NCBI GenBank assembly: GCA_963714975.1
Contig: CAVQQD010000003.1
Location: 448,001 to 512,000, forward strand
Direction of reading: 5' to 3'
DNA from: an uncultured Gammaproteobacteria bacterium
Lineage (GTDB): Bacteria > Pseudomonadota > Gammaproteobacteria > JAURND01
DNA length: 64,000 nt
Under the pieces are notes generated by a model that was given only the letters and a program-made list of their open reading frames with translations, did not search any database and was not told the DNA's origin. Within the stretch, counting starts at the first letter, position 1; each line of letters opens with the position of its first letter. The position numbers and the translations under genes were made by a program. This document shows positions 51,580 to 62,759 of this stretch, in pieces.

Positions 51580-52227
51580 ATGAGAACTCAGCTTTTAAAA
51601 GAGCAATTGCGGGAGATATTAACCCAGTTACATATAAAATCCTCGATATCTGAGAGCGTTCAGGAGCAAATTCTTGATTATCTTGCTTTATTGACTCAGT
51701 GGAATCAAACTTATAATTTAACGGCGGTGCGTGATCCCAAAGCCATGCTGGTTAGACATATTGCGGATAGCTTGGCAGTGATTCCTTACCTGAAGCAATA
51801 CCATACCGCTGGGCATCGTTTCTTGGATGTGGGTTCTGGCGCTGGCTTACCCGGTATACCCCTGGCCCTGGCTTTGCCAGATTGGCAATGGACATTATTG
51901 GATAGTCATGGTAAAAAAACCCGATTTTTAATTCACGTCAAAGCGGCTTTAGATTTAAAAAATGTGGAGGTCATCCAACAGCGAGTAGAAACGTTCCGGC
52001 CAACTGCCTGCTTTCAAGGCGTAATTGCTCGAGCCTGGGCAGCGTTGGATGTGATGTTGGCAAAGACCAGGCATTTATATTGTCCAGATGGCCGATTGTG
52101 GGCGATGAAGGGAGCTGTTCCGCAGGATGAATTGCAAGATTTGCAGTATCCTTTCACGGTGTATTCTCTCCAGGTACCGGGTTTAAATGAGCAGCGACAT
52201 TTAGTGAGCATCACATGCATAAGATAA
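51580..52227 (+). CDS. rsmG: 16S rRNA m7G527 methyltransferase
   Basis: WNQTYNLTA, HIADSL, DVGSGAGLPG. Confidence 0.96.
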   Translation: MRTQLLKEQLREILTQLHIKSSISESVQEQILDYLALLTQWNQTYNLTAVRDPKAMLVRHIADSLAVIPYLKQYHTAGHRFLDVGSGAGLPGIPLALALPDWQWTLLDSHGKKTRFLIHVKAALDLKNVEVIQQRVETFRPTACFQGVIARAWAALDVMLAKTRHLYCPDGRLWAMKGAVPQDELQDLQYPFTVYSLQVPGLNEQRHLVSITCIR

Positions 52228-52976
52228 TTGCTGTAGCCAATCAAAAAGGTGGAGTAGGGAAGACCACTACCTGCGTGAATTTGGCGGCTTCCCTAGTTGC
52301 TATCAAGCATCGTGTGCTATTGCTTGATCTGGATCCGCAAGGAAATGCCTCGGTAAGTAGTGGGGTGCGAAAAGATCCTGATTTATTGACTATTAAGGAA
52401 GTATTGCTCAATGGCTTAAGCATTACCGAGGTGCTGCACCAGACCGCTGCAGGTTATGATATCCTGCCGGCAGACGGTGAATTGACTTTGGCCGAAGTGC
52501 AATTGCTAAAACAAGAGCAGCGTGAGTTTTGTTTAAAAAATGCTTTAGCAAAGGTACGTCATCAATATGATTTTATCTTGATTGATTGTCCGCCCTCGTT
52601 AAATATATTAACCGTGAATGCCTTGGTATCAGCCGATACGGTGCTGATTCCTATGCCGTGTGAATATTTTGCGATGGAAGGACTGGCGAGTTTATTAAAT
52701 ACCATCAGTCAAATTGCCGCGGCAGCAAATCCTGGCTTGAAAATTGAAGGATTGCTGCGAACCCTGTATGATGGCCGCAATCGCCTGACCCAGGAAGTTA
52801 ATGCCCAATTACAGGCGCATTTTCAACAACAGCTTTATACGACAGTGATACCGCGTAACGTGCGTTTGGCGGAAGCACCTAGTTTTGGGATGCCCGCATT
52901 ACTTTATGATCAGCGTTCACAAGGTGCGCTCGCCTATCTCGCTTTAGCCAGTGAACTAGTGCGGCGCCAAACTTAA
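52215..52976 (+). CDS. parA: Chromosome partitioning ATPase
   Basis: NQKGGVGKTT, DLDPQGN, IDCPPSL, RLAEAPS. Confidence 0.97.
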   Translation: MHKIIAVANQKGGVGKTTTCVNLAASLVAIKHRVLLLDLDPQGNASVSSGVRKDPDLLTIKEVLLNGLSITEVLHQTAAGYDILPADGELTLAEVQLLKQEQREFCLKNALAKVRHQYDFILIDCPPSLNILTVNALVSADTVLIPMPCEYFAMEGLASLLNTISQIAAAANPGLKIEGLLRTLYDGRNRLTQEVNAQLQAHFQQQLYTTVIPRNVRLAEAPSFGMPALLYDQRSQGALAYLALASELVRRQT

Positions 52977-53004
52977 AATCCCGGGAGAGGGGGAATTAAT
53001 TACA

Positions 53005-53856
53005 ATGTCCAAACGCAGCCTCGGTCGGGGTTTAAGTGAGTTATTAAGTGGTGTATCTCTGCCGGAAAATTCTGCAGTTAATCCAGAAAAATTGCGAGAA
53101 ATTGCCGTTGATTTTCTGCGGCCTGGTCAATATCAGCCCCGTAAGGCGATCAAAGCGGAAGCTTTACAAGGAATGGCGGATTCCATCCGTGCTCATGGTA
53201 TTCTTCAGCCACTATTAGTCAGGCCCCTTGAGAAAAATTATTATGAAATTATTGCTGGTGAGCGTCGTTGGCGTGCAGCCCAACTGGCTGGTTTAGAGAA
53301 GCTACCTGTCTACGTCCGTGAAATTTCTGATTCAGCAGCCGTTGCGATGGGCTTGATTGAAAATATCCAACGGGAAGATTTAAATGTCTTGGAGCAAGCT
53401 TTGGCACTCAAGCGTCTGGCGGAAGAATTTGCCCTGACTCACGAAGAAGTAGCAAAAGCGGTGGGTAAATCGCGGACCAGCATCACCAATTTATTGCGGC
53501 TATTGCATTTGGCGCCCGAAGTGAAAACTTTATTGCAGGCTGGTGCCTTAGAAATGGGCCATGCCAAGGCCATTTTAGGTTTAGACCCAGAGGCGCAACG
53601 GCAAGCAGCAGAATGGATTGCGAGCAAAGCTCTGTCGGTTCGTGCCGCAGAAGAATTTGTCCGCAAATTACAAAAACTTCAAAATGTACCTAAAGTGCTT
53701 GCGCGGGCTGATCCTGATATTGTACGTTTACAATCCAAGTTATCGGATAAATTGGGCGCTCAAGTACAAATAAAACATAGTGCGAAGGGAAAAGGTAGGC
53801 TAGTGATCCATTATTATAGTTTGGATGAATTGGAAGGAATTTTACAACAAATTTAA
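53005..53856 (+). CDS. parB: Chromosome partitioning protein
   Basis: LGRGL, YQPR, AGERRWRA, ENIQREDL. Confidence 0.97.
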   Translation: MSKRSLGRGLSELLSGVSLPENSAVNPEKLREIAVDFLRPGQYQPRKAIKAEALQGMADSIRAHGILQPLLVRPLEKNYYEIIAGERRWRAAQLAGLEKLPVYVREISDSAAVAMGLIENIQREDLNVLEQALALKRLAEEFALTHEEVAKAVGKSRTSITNLLRLLHLAPEVKTLLQAGALEMGHAKAILGLDPEAQRQAAEWIASKALSVRAAEEFVRKLQKLQNVPKVLARADPDIVRLQSKLSDKLGAQVQIKHSAKGKGRLVIHYYSLDELEGILQQI

Positions 53857-53865
53857 GGTGATTTT

Positions 53866-55068
53866 ATGATTAATGACACAAACATTCCTTTCAGCGATAT
53901 CGTCGCTACCTTGCGTCAATCCGGGATTCGTTCAGCAACAGAACGCTGCAAGGCCATTGGAGGTATAAATTTAGGCCAGGGAGTTTGCGATATTCCCACT
54001 CAAGACGCAATCAAACAAGCAGCCTCAGCAGCAATTTTTGCTAATAACAATCTCTATGGGCCCTATCTGGGCATCCCGGAATTACGCGAAGCCTTGGCTC
54101 AAAAAATTCAGCATCATAATAAAATAGTAGTCGATCCAGCCACTGAAATTTTAGTCAGTCATGGCTCTACTGGCGCTTATGTTAGCGCTATCAAAGCCTT
54201 ATTCAATCCTGGCGATGAGCTGATATTATTTGAGCCGTTCTATGGCTACCATAAAATGATTGCCGAATTGTTTGGGGTTAAAACGGTTGGCGTACCCATT
54301 GCCGCAGAGGGCTATGTAATCGATTTTGATCGTTTAAAGCAAGCGATTACTCCACGTACCCGCGCCGTGGTGATCTGTACTCCCTGTAATCCTTCTGGTA
54401 AAGTGTTCAGCCAAGAAGAATTGATCCAAATTGGCGAAATAGCTGAGCAACATAATTTATGTATTATCACCGATGAGATTTATGAATACATTGTGTACCC
54501 AGGCTATCAGCATGTTTCAATCGCCAGTTTGAGGAATTTTAAAGAGCGGACCATTACCTTATCCGGCTTTTCCAAAACCTATAACGTGACCGGTTGGCGC
54601 CTAGGCTATGCCTATGGTCCGGCAAGATTGTTGGATAAGATCTCTTTGGTTCATGATTTTCTGTATATTTGCGCTAATACCCCGCTTCAACATGGGATGT
54701 TAGCTGCTTTGCAATTAGATGCTAACTACTATACGCAGATGTGTGCAGATTTCCTGACAAAACAGCATTTGATGGTGCAAGGCTTGCGTGATTTGGGCTT
54801 TATCGTACGCGAACCGCAAGGAGCGTATTATTTATTGGCTGATTTTCGTCAACTAGGTTTTAAAGACGATGAAGAAGCCATTACTGCTTTGCTGGAAAAT
54901 GCCAAGATAGCCGCGGTAACGGGAGGTTCATTCTACCAAAACCCCGAAGATGGTCGTTACGAGCTGCGTTTTTGTTTTGCCTTAAGTGAGGAAAAAATTA
55001 AGCAGGCACTTGCGCAATTATCTAGTTATTTGTTACTCCGTCGTCCTGGCATGGATGCCAGGATCTAG
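53866..55068 (+). CDS. PLP-dependent aminotransferase class I/II
   Basis: INLGQG, PCNPSG, DEIY, SKTYNVTGWRLG. Confidence 0.93.
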   Translation: MINDTNIPFSDIVATLRQSGIRSATERCKAIGGINLGQGVCDIPTQDAIKQAASAAIFANNNLYGPYLGIPELREALAQKIQHHNKIVVDPATEILVSHGSTGAYVSAIKALFNPGDELILFEPFYGYHKMIAELFGVKTVGVPIAAEGYVIDFDRLKQAITPRTRAVVICTPCNPSGKVFSQEELIQIGEIAEQHNLCIITDEIYEYIVYPGYQHVSIASLRNFKERTITLSGFSKTYNVTGWRLGYAYGPARLLDKISLVHDFLYICANTPLQHGMLAALQLDANYYTQMCADFLTKQHLMVQGLRDLGFIVREPQGAYYLLADFRQLGFKDDEEAITALLENAKIAAVTGGSFYQNPEDGRYELRFCFALSEEKIKQALAQLSSYLLLRRPGMDARI

Positions 55069-55132
55069 GTCACAGGGATGTGAAGCTCGTTGCATCTTGC
55101 AGGCTGGATCCCTGCATCCCTGCAGGGACGAC
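55040..55132. repeat. Family E palindromic repeat
   Basis: GTCGTCCTGGCATGGATGCCAGGATC..GATCCCTGCATCCCTGCAGGGACGAC. Confidence 0.75.
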
Positions 55133-55169
55133 GTGCTCATGGGGACGAGGTGCTAAGAAGGGTAGAGGT

Positions 55170-56669
55170 GTGCTAAACAAAATTCTATTAACACTCATTG
55201 GTTTGATTGGGTTTTATTCTTTTCTGGCTTTTGCTCAGCATCCTGCCGCTGAAGATAAATATGCTGCAGTTGCTTATCCCCCTGTGAATTATGGGGAGGG
55301 CGCTAAAGCGGAGCAAATTAAGCGAGGGGAATATTTGGTTAAAGCCGGGGATTGTATTGCCTGTCACACCACACCGGGGGGTAAACCCTTTGCTGGGGGG
55401 TTGGCCGTGGTCACTCCTTTTGGCACTATCTATTCACAGAACATTACGCCTGATCAACAAACAGGTATTGGCCGATGGTCAGATGACGATTTTGTACGGG
55501 CGCTGCGCGAAGGTATTTCACCCAGCGGCGAGTATTATTTCCCGGCCTTCCCCTATAATTATTTTAATCAGTTAAGTCGCCAAGATGCCTTAGACATCAA
55601 AGCTTATTTAGCAGCTATTCCCGCTGTTGCTGAGCAAAACCACCCCTTAGATATGCCTTGGCCATTTCGTGTGCGCTTACTCCAAAGTTTCTGGCGATTT
55701 TTGTTTTTTGATTTTGAACAGGGTGAATTTATACCCGATGATCATCAATCACCGGAATGGAATCGTGGAGCCTATTTGGTACAAGGATTAGCCCATTGTA
55801 GTCTTTGTCATTCACCATTAAATGTATTGGGGGCGGCTGAGAAAAAATACGATTTAGCGGGGGGCTTTATTGAAGGTTATCCTGCCCCAAATATTTCTGC
55901 TTCTCGTTGGAAAGAGGTACCCACCGCGAAAATTTTGCGGGTCTTCTTAGCCGATGAAAAAATTAATGGCGGAAAAGTTCAGGGACCGATGTTACAGGTT
56001 AATCACGATAGTTTGCGTTATCTCACTCCCGAAGATCTTATCGATATAGCGACTTATTTGCGGACGGTACAGAGTGCAACTCCCCCGGCTCCTAGTGTCG
56101 GTACTGGAGTAAAAGCAGGTGAAAACATTTATCAAAAATATTGTGCTGCTTGCCATATGGGTGGAGGTGGTGGCGCGCCCAAATTTGGTAATGCGGCGCA
56201 GTGGGAGCCGATTGTGAAGCAAGGAATGCCAAAGGTATACGACAATGCGATTAAGGGGATTGATGGTATGCCAGCTAAAGGCAATTGTGAAAGCTGTACC
56301 GATGAACAAATCAAAAGCGCGGTTGATTATCTAGTAGGTAAAAGCACAGGTGCGGCAGCTAAACCGACTGTTAGTGGGGCTCCTGCTGGATCTGCATTGA
56401 CTTCTTTGGTGAGAGGCAAAATCGTCTATGACAAAGTTTGCTCGGTTTGTCATGCGCAAGGGCAATTGGGGGCGCCCAAATTAGGGGATCAAAAGGCCTG
56501 GGAACCGATTTTGCATGAAAATTTAGATATTCTAGTATCACGTACTATTTATGGTTACAAGGGACATCCCGCCAAAGGGGCTTGTTATAAATGCAACGAT
56601 GCCGATATTATTTCCGCGGTGAAGTATATGGCTCAAGAAAGTGGTTTAGGCGATTATAGATTATGGTAA
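55170..56669 (+). CDS. Multi-heme cytochrome c (diheme domain plus two c5-like domains)
   Basis: CIACH, CSLCH, CAACH, CSVCH; GTG start after GAGG. Confidence 0.9.
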   Translation: MLNKILLTLIGLIGFYSFLAFAQHPAAEDKYAAVAYPPVNYGEGAKAEQIKRGEYLVKAGDCIACHTTPGGKPFAGGLAVVTPFGTIYSQNITPDQQTGIGRWSDDDFVRALREGISPSGEYYFPAFPYNYFNQLSRQDALDIKAYLAAIPAVAEQNHPLDMPWPFRVRLLQSFWRFLFFDFEQGEFIPDDHQSPEWNRGAYLVQGLAHCSLCHSPLNVLGAAEKKYDLAGGFIEGYPAPNISASRWKEVPTAKILRVFLADEKINGGKVQGPMLQVNHDSLRYLTPEDLIDIATYLRTVQSATPPAPSVGTGVKAGENIYQKYCAACHMGGGGGAPKFGNAAQWEPIVKQGMPKVYDNAIKGIDGMPAKGNCESCTDEQIKSAVDYLVGKSTGAAAKPTVSGAPAGSALTSLVRGKIVYDKVCSVCHAQGQLGAPKLGDQKAWEPILHENLDILVSRTIYGYKGHPAKGACYKCNDADIISAVKYMAQESGLGDYRLW

Positions 56670-56689
56670 TTCGTACCTATGAGAAAAAC

Positions 56690-57852
56690 ATGCATATTTT
56701 AAAATACCTAGTATTGATTATTAGTCTGGTGTGCGTAAATGGTAGTGCCTTAGCAGATTACACCCTAAATATGACGCCAGGCGTCACGCCAATTAGTCAG
56801 GACATCTATCATTTGCATATGACTATTTTTTGGATCTGCGTGGCAATTGGGGTGGTGGTTTTTAGTGTACTTTTTTATTCGTTAATTAAGCATCGCAAGT
56901 CTCTAGGTGTTAAACCCGCTAATTTTCATGGCAATCTACGCGTAGAAATATTTTGGGCCATCGTGCCATTTTTAATTTTAGTGATCATGGCAATTCCTGC
57001 TACGCTGGTACTGATTAAGATGGAGGATACCGGGAGTTCCGATGTTAACATTAAAGTGACTGGTTATCAGTGGAATTGGCAATATAAGTATTTGGATGAA
57101 GGCATTAGTTTTTTTAGTAATCTCTCTACTCCTGCTGATCAATTGAAGAATAAAGCTCCTAAAAACCAATGGTATTTATTAGAAGTCGATAAGCCGCTGG
57201 TGGTGCCGATTCATCGGAAAATACGTTTTCTAGTCACAGCCAATGATGTGATTCATTCTTGGTGGGTTCCTGCTTTGGGTATTAAACGGGATGCCATCCC
57301 TGGCTTTATTCATGAAGCTTGGGCGCGAATTGAAAAACCAGGCATTTATCGAGGTCAATGCGCCGAACTGTGTGGCATAAACCATGGTTTTATGCCCATT
57401 GTTGTTGACGCACGAACTGAAGAGGACTATGCCAATTGGGTACAGGAGCAAAAAAATAAGCCGTCTGAATCACAGTCAGACCAAACTAAAATGGCATCAA
57501 ATCAGCCTTTGACTGCTACGGAATTGATGCAGCAAGGCGAAGAGGTTTATGATAGGCGCTGTGCTGCCTGTCATCAGGTGAATGGCATGGGCAGACCACC
57601 TTCTTTCCCAGCATTAGCAGGCAGTGCGATAGCGAATGGCCCAGTAGCAGGACATTTGCATATCGTTATATATGGCAAGCCTGGAACAGCGATGGTGGCC
57701 TTTGCCCACAATTGACAGAGCAAGAAATTGCAGCAGTGGTTACTTATGAACGGAATGCTTGGGGAAATGGGGATCAAAATAAATATGGTTCTAACGCCGG
57801 TGGGGTAGTTCAACCTGCTGATGTTGCTCAAGCAAGTGAAAACAAGGGATAA
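56690..57852 (+). CDS. coxB: Cytochrome c oxidase subunit II with fused cytochrome c (frameshift near 57705)
   Basis: DVIHSWW, CAELCGINH CuA site, CAACH; continues as LTEQEIAAVVTYERNAWGN in another frame. Confidence 0.93.
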
Positions 57853-57855
57853 ACC

Positions 57856-59548
57856 ATGAGTGAAAAAGCAATAGTACCGGATTCTGAAGTACCGCCTATT
57901 GAGCACGAGCATCATGGACATGGCGGGCCGGTAGAAAAAGGCTGGTGGCCTTATGCCAGGCGTTGGTTATTTACTACGAATCATAAAGATATTGGCACCT
58001 TATATTTATGGTTATCTTGTATTATGTTTTTTATTGCAGGCGCCATGGCATTATTAATTCGTGCTGAATTATTTCAGCCAGGTCACCGCCTATTAGATCC
58101 CGATTTTTTTAATCAAATGACTACCATGCATGGCTTAATTATGATTTTTGGCGTCGTCATGCCTGCCTTTGTCGGTTTGGCAAATTGGCAAATCCCGATG
58201 ATGATTGGCGCGCCTGATATGGCTTTGCCAAGATTAAATAATTGGAGTTTTTGGATTCTGCCGTTTGCTTTTACCTTGCTTTTGAGCACTTTTTTATTAC
58301 CGGGTTCTGCCCCAAATTATGGTTGGACTTTTTATGCGCCTTTATCCACCACATATGGTCCTCCTAGCACGGATTTCATGATTTTTGCGATTCATTTAAT
58401 GGGACTTTCTTCCATTCTCGGCGCGATCAATATTATTGCTACGATTATTAATATGCGTGCTCCCGGCATGAATTTTATGAAAATGCCGGTATTCGTGTGG
58501 AGTTGGTTTATTACAGCATTTTTGTTATTGGCCATTATGCCGGTATTAGCAGGAGCCGTTACCATGATGCTATTGGATCGTCATTTTGGTACGACATTTT
58601 TTCATGCGGCAGGTGGTGGCGACCCGGTCTTATTTCAACATATATTTTGGTTTTTTGGTCATCCCGAAGTTTATGTACTTAATTTTGCCTGCATTTGGGG
58701 TGATGTCAGAAATTATCCCGACCTTTAGTCGTAAGCCATTATTTGGATATTCTTTTATGGTTTAGGCCATTATTGCGATTGCGATTTTGTCCTATATCGT
58801 GTGGGCGCATCACATGTTTACAGTGGGCATCCCTCTAGCCGCGCAATTGTTTTTTATGTATGTCACGATGTTAATTGCGGTGCCAACCGGCATTAAGGTA
58901 TTTAATTGGGTTAGCTACTATTTACCGCGGTGCTTTGACTTTTGAAACGCCGATGTTATTTGCGATTGCTTTTGTTTTTTTATTTACCATCGGTGGATTT
59001 TCTGGATTGATGTTGGCGATCGTTCCGGCTGATTATCAATATCAAGATACTTATTTTGTGGTAGCGCATTTCCATTATGTGTTAGTGCCAGGATCTATTT
59101 TTGGTATTATGGCGGGAGTTTATTATTGGTTACCAAAATGGACTGGGCACATGTATAATGAGACGCTTAGGAAAATGGCATTTTTGGTTATCAGTGATTT
59201 CTCTGAATATGACTTTTTTCCCCATGCATTTTCTCGGCTTAGCAGGGATGCCGCGACGTATTCCTGACTATGCTTTGCAGTTTGCTGATTTTAATGCGAT
59301 TGCGAGTGTGGGTGCCTTTATTTTTGGTGCATCGCAATTATTATTTTTAATTAATATCATTTGGACGATTACAAAAAGGTAAACCTGTACCCGGCAAGGT
59401 ATGGGAAGGGGCGCATGGTTTGGAATGGCAATTGCCTTCACCTGCGCCTTATCACAGCTGGACAACGCCGCCACATGTCATAGAAGAAAGGCAACTTGGA
59501 TGTCCACCCACACCACCACTAAGCGTCGTTCCATTACCCGCGGGTTAA
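57856..59548 (+). pseudogene. coxA: Cytochrome c oxidase subunit I, disrupted in this sequence (real lesion or assembly error; 3' end approximate)
   Basis: TNHKDIG, GHPEVY, WAHH, HFHYV, GMPRR spread over several frames; TAG at 58763. Confidence 0.85.
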
Positions 59549-60183
59549 TGATAATGCTGGCGTTTGCTGTGGGGATGTTTGGTTTTGGATTTGCACTTAG
59601 TGCCACTTTATAATGTGCTGTGTAAAAAATTAGGCTTAATGGTAAAACGGAGAATAAGCCCGCCGCAGTTAGTGTGGCAGCTATTGATAAAACGCGCACG
59701 GTGATGGTGTTATTTTTAGCGACTAATAATGCTAACTTGCCTTGGAAATTTCATCCTTATCGGGCGTCAATTCAGGTACATCCCGGAGAAAATACCCGGG
59801 TCGCTTATTATGCGAAAAATCAGTCTAATAGCGTAATGACAGTGCAGGCAATTCCTAATGTAGCGCCAGGCATTGCAGCAAAATATTTGAAAAAAACCGA
59901 GTGTTTTTGTTTTACTCAGCAAACTTTAAAAAGTGGTGAGTCGATGGATATGCCGCTGTTATTTCATATTGATCGTGACTTGCCGAAAAATGTGAATACA
60001 GTAGTATTAGCTTATACATTATTTGATGTGAGTCATAAAAAACCCTCTCCCCCGCCCGAGCGTTTTGTCATCCCGAGCGAAGCCGAGGGAACTCCTGCAA
60101 CTGGCATGGAGTTCCCTCGTCGCAAGCTCCTCGGGATGACGAAGGGTCGGGAAGGTGGGAGAAGGTTAGGGAGAGAGGAATGA
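59500..60183 (+). pseudogene. ctaG: Cytochrome c oxidase assembly protein CtaG/Cox11, disrupted by two nearby indels
   Basis: MFGFGFA / VPLYNVLC / NGKT in shifting frames; KTECFCF. Confidence 0.85.
60043..60178. repeat. Family A repeat nested in family B, inside the ctaG 3' end
   Basis: CCCTCTCCCC..[GTCATCCCGAG..CTCGGGATGAC]..GGGAGAAGGTTAGGGAGAGAGG. Confidence 0.8.
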
Positions 60184-61058
60184 CAAAACTACAACCCAAA
60201 TCATATTACTTACCAGGTCCCAGCTATTGGCCAATTATTGGGTCTATCGCATTATTTTGCATTATGTTAGGGGCGGCAAATTGGCTCCATGGCGTGCCTA
60301 TGGGGCCGTATTTGTTTGCTGCCGGCATTTCAATTCTTCTTATCGTTATATTTGGTTGGTTTGGTACGGTGATCCGGGAAAATCAAGCAGGTTTTTATGA
60401 TAATAAGCAATTAGACCGCTCCTTTCGTTGGGGTATGTGTTGGTTTATCTTTTCAGAAGTGATGTTTTTTGGGGCATTTTTTGGGGCTCTTTTTTATACT
60501 CGGGTTCTTTCTGTGCCTTGGATTGGGGGCGAAGGTTCGGGAGTTTTAACCCATATTTTATTATGGCCTAATTTTACTGCGCATTGGCCATTGTTACAAA
60601 ACCCTGATCCCCATCTTATAGCCCCAAAAAGTGTCATGGAAACCTGGGGCATTCCAGCCTTGAATACGCTTATTTTATTAAGCAGTGGTTTGACGATTAC
60701 TGTCGCCCATTGGGGTATCTTAAAGCATCGGCATATTCAAGCTTTGGTGGGACAAGGGGTGACGGTGTTGCTGGGTATAACCTTTTTGGCCATGCAAGCC
60801 CATGAATATACGATTGCTTACCTAGAAAAAGGCCTGACCTTAGGCTCGGGAATTTATGGCACCACTTTTTTCGTGCTGACTGGATTTCATGCTTTGCATG
60901 TGACGATCGGAACATTAGCCTTGATTGTTATCTTCTTTCGTATTTATCGTCATCATTTTGATAAACATAGCCATTTTGCTTTTGAAGGGGTAGCTTGGTA
61001 TTGGCACTTTGTTGACGTGGTTTGGTTGATGCTGTTCACTTTTGTTTACTGGATTTAA
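60180..61058 (+). CDS. coxC: Cytochrome c oxidase subunit III
   Basis: FIFSEVMFF, TGFHALHV, AWYWHFVDVVW. Confidence 0.96.
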   Translation: MTKLQPKSYYLPGPSYWPIIGSIALFCIMLGAANWLHGVPMGPYLFAAGISILLIVIFGWFGTVIRENQAGFYDNKQLDRSFRWGMCWFIFSEVMFFGAFFGALFYTRVLSVPWIGGEGSGVLTHILLWPNFTAHWPLLQNPDPHLIAPKSVMETWGIPALNTLILLSSGLTITVAHWGILKHRHIQALVGQGVTVLLGITFLAMQAHEYTIAYLEKGLTLGSGIYGTTFFVLTGFHALHVTIGTLALIVIFFRIYRHHFDKHSHFAFEGVAWYWHFVDVVWLMLFTFVYWI

Positions 61059-62514
61059 TAAAATTCAACCACCCCTCATATAAATTATTAGCCTCTGACA
61101 CAGGCATTTGAGGTTCAAATTTTCGGTCACATTGCCACAAGGAACTAATTTGTTCCAAGGAAGAAAACATCCCTGCCTGAAAACCCGCTAAAAACGCTAC
61201 ACCTAGGGCAGTAGTTTCATTGATTGTGGCGCGTGATACTGGCAGCGGCAGTACATCTGCTAAAAATTGCATTAGCCAATTGTTTAATACCATTCCTCCG
61301 TCTACGCGCAATTCACCGAAATTCATGTTCCCGTCGTTTTTCATCGCTTCTAAAAGATCTCGTGTTTGGTAGGCAATAGATTCTAATGCTGCTCGGATAA
61401 TGTGAGTTCGACTAGCATCTCGGGTTAACCCAACAATGCTTGCTTTGACCGTGGGATTCCAATAAGGAGCCCCGAGCCCAGTAAAGGCGGGTATGAAATA
61501 AACACCGCCATTATTGGCTAAGTTCTTGGCAATTTCCTCAGTTTCCTTAGCATTTTTGATGATGCCAAGTTTATCTCGTAGCCATTGAATGGTAGTTCCT
61601 GCGGAAAAAATACTGCCTTCGAGACCATAAATTGTTTTATGCTGCAATTTATAAGCGATCGTGGTAAGCAAACGATTTTGGGATAGAACTGCCTTTTCGC
61701 CGGTATTCACAATTAAAAAAGCGCCTGTGCCATAGGTCCCTTTCACCATGCCGGTAGTGAAACAAGCCTGGCCAATGAGAGCTGCTTGTTGATCGCCCGC
61801 CATGGCCGTGATGGGGATCTCTACGCCAAACAACTTAGAGTGAGTTCTTCCAAATAATTCTGTGTTTTCAAATACTTTGGGTAATAAGTTGTAAGGTATT
61901 TGAAAAAGGTCCAGTAACTCTTCGTCCCACTGTTGATTATGGATATTAAAGAGCAGGGTGCGGGAAGCATTCGTGATATCGGTCGCATGTTGTGCTCCTT
62001 CAGTTAAGCGCCATAAAAGAAAACTATCTACTGTGCCAAAGGCCAATTTTCCTTGCAAGGCTTTTTCATGGGCTCCTGGAATATGCTTGAGTATCCAAGC
62101 TATCTTGGATGCTGAGAAATAAGGGTCCATTAACAAACCTGTTTTGCTTTGAATCATGGGTTCATATTCCATGAGAGACTGGCATAGTTCTGCAGTGCGC
62201 CGATCTTGCCAGACTATAGCTCGATAGATAGGTTCTCCGGTTTCTTTGTCCCACAAAATAGTAGTTTCGCGTTGATTGGTGATGCCAATTGCTAAAATGT
62301 CATCGAAACTGATTTTGGCTTTAATAACAGCGACATGTATACAGGTCACTACTGCTTGCCAAATTTCCAGTGGATCATGCTCGACCCAGCTAAGTTCTGG
62401 GAAATATTGAGTTAATTCCAGCTGGTGTTTGCTGATGACTTGGGCATATTGATTAAAAATCATCGCTCGAGTACTGGTAGTCCCCTGATCGATCGCTAAT
62501 AAAAAATTACCCAT
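61036..62514 (-). CDS. glpK: Glycerol kinase
   Basis: IDQGTTSTR, GITNQRET, GDQQAAL, TYGTG, FTGLGAPYW. Confidence 0.97.
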   Translation of the reverse strand: MGNFLLAIDQGTTSTRAMIFNQYAQVISKHQLELTQYFPELSWVEHDPLEIWQAVVTCIHVAVIKAKISFDDILAIGITNQRETTILWDKETGEPIYRAIVWQDRRTAELCQSLMEYEPMIQSKTGLLMDPYFSASKIAWILKHIPGAHEKALQGKLAFGTVDSFLLWRLTEGAQHATDITNASRTLLFNIHNQQWDEELLDLFQIPYNLLPKVFENTELFGRTHSKLFGVEIPITAMAGDQQAALIGQACFTTGMVKGTYGTGAFLIVNTGEKAVLSQNRLLTTIAYKLQHKTIYGLEGSIFSAGTTIQWLRDKLGIIKNAKETEEIAKNLANNGGVYFIPAFTGLGAPYWNPTVKASIVGLTRDASRTHIIRAALESIAYQTRDLLEAMKNDGNMNFGELRVDGGMVLNNWLMQFLADVLPLPVSRATINETTALGVAFLAGFQAGMFSSLEQISSLWQCDRKFEPQMPVSEANNLYEGWLNFIKSSKQK

Positions 62515-62625
62515 CTTCACCTCCATTAATTCACACGGAATAATAATTATACACAAGCACGAAGCTAACTCTAGAGTTATGAATGAGTTAGAAAAAAAAG
62601 TGTGACGAAGATGAGAATAACTTTG

Positions 62626-62759
62626 TAACTATTTGATTTTAATTGATATTTAAAGATTGGATAGTTCCTGGTCAATTTGTTCTGAAGGCAGTAAATTCAC
62701 GGCATTGTGCTCCTGTCTCATAGAATATCCACAGAGTTATCCACAGATTTTGTGGATAA
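62626..62759. promoter_or_regulatory. IHF-consensus site plus three DnaA boxes
   Basis: AATCAAATAGTTA (minus, 62626-62638); ATATCCACA 62725, TTATCCACA 62737, TGTGGATAA 62751. Confidence 0.75.

Noticed and set aside
62601-62616. CRP-like site TGTGA-N6-TGAGA upstream of glpK
   Set aside because: Degenerate second half-site; could arise by chance in AT-rich DNA
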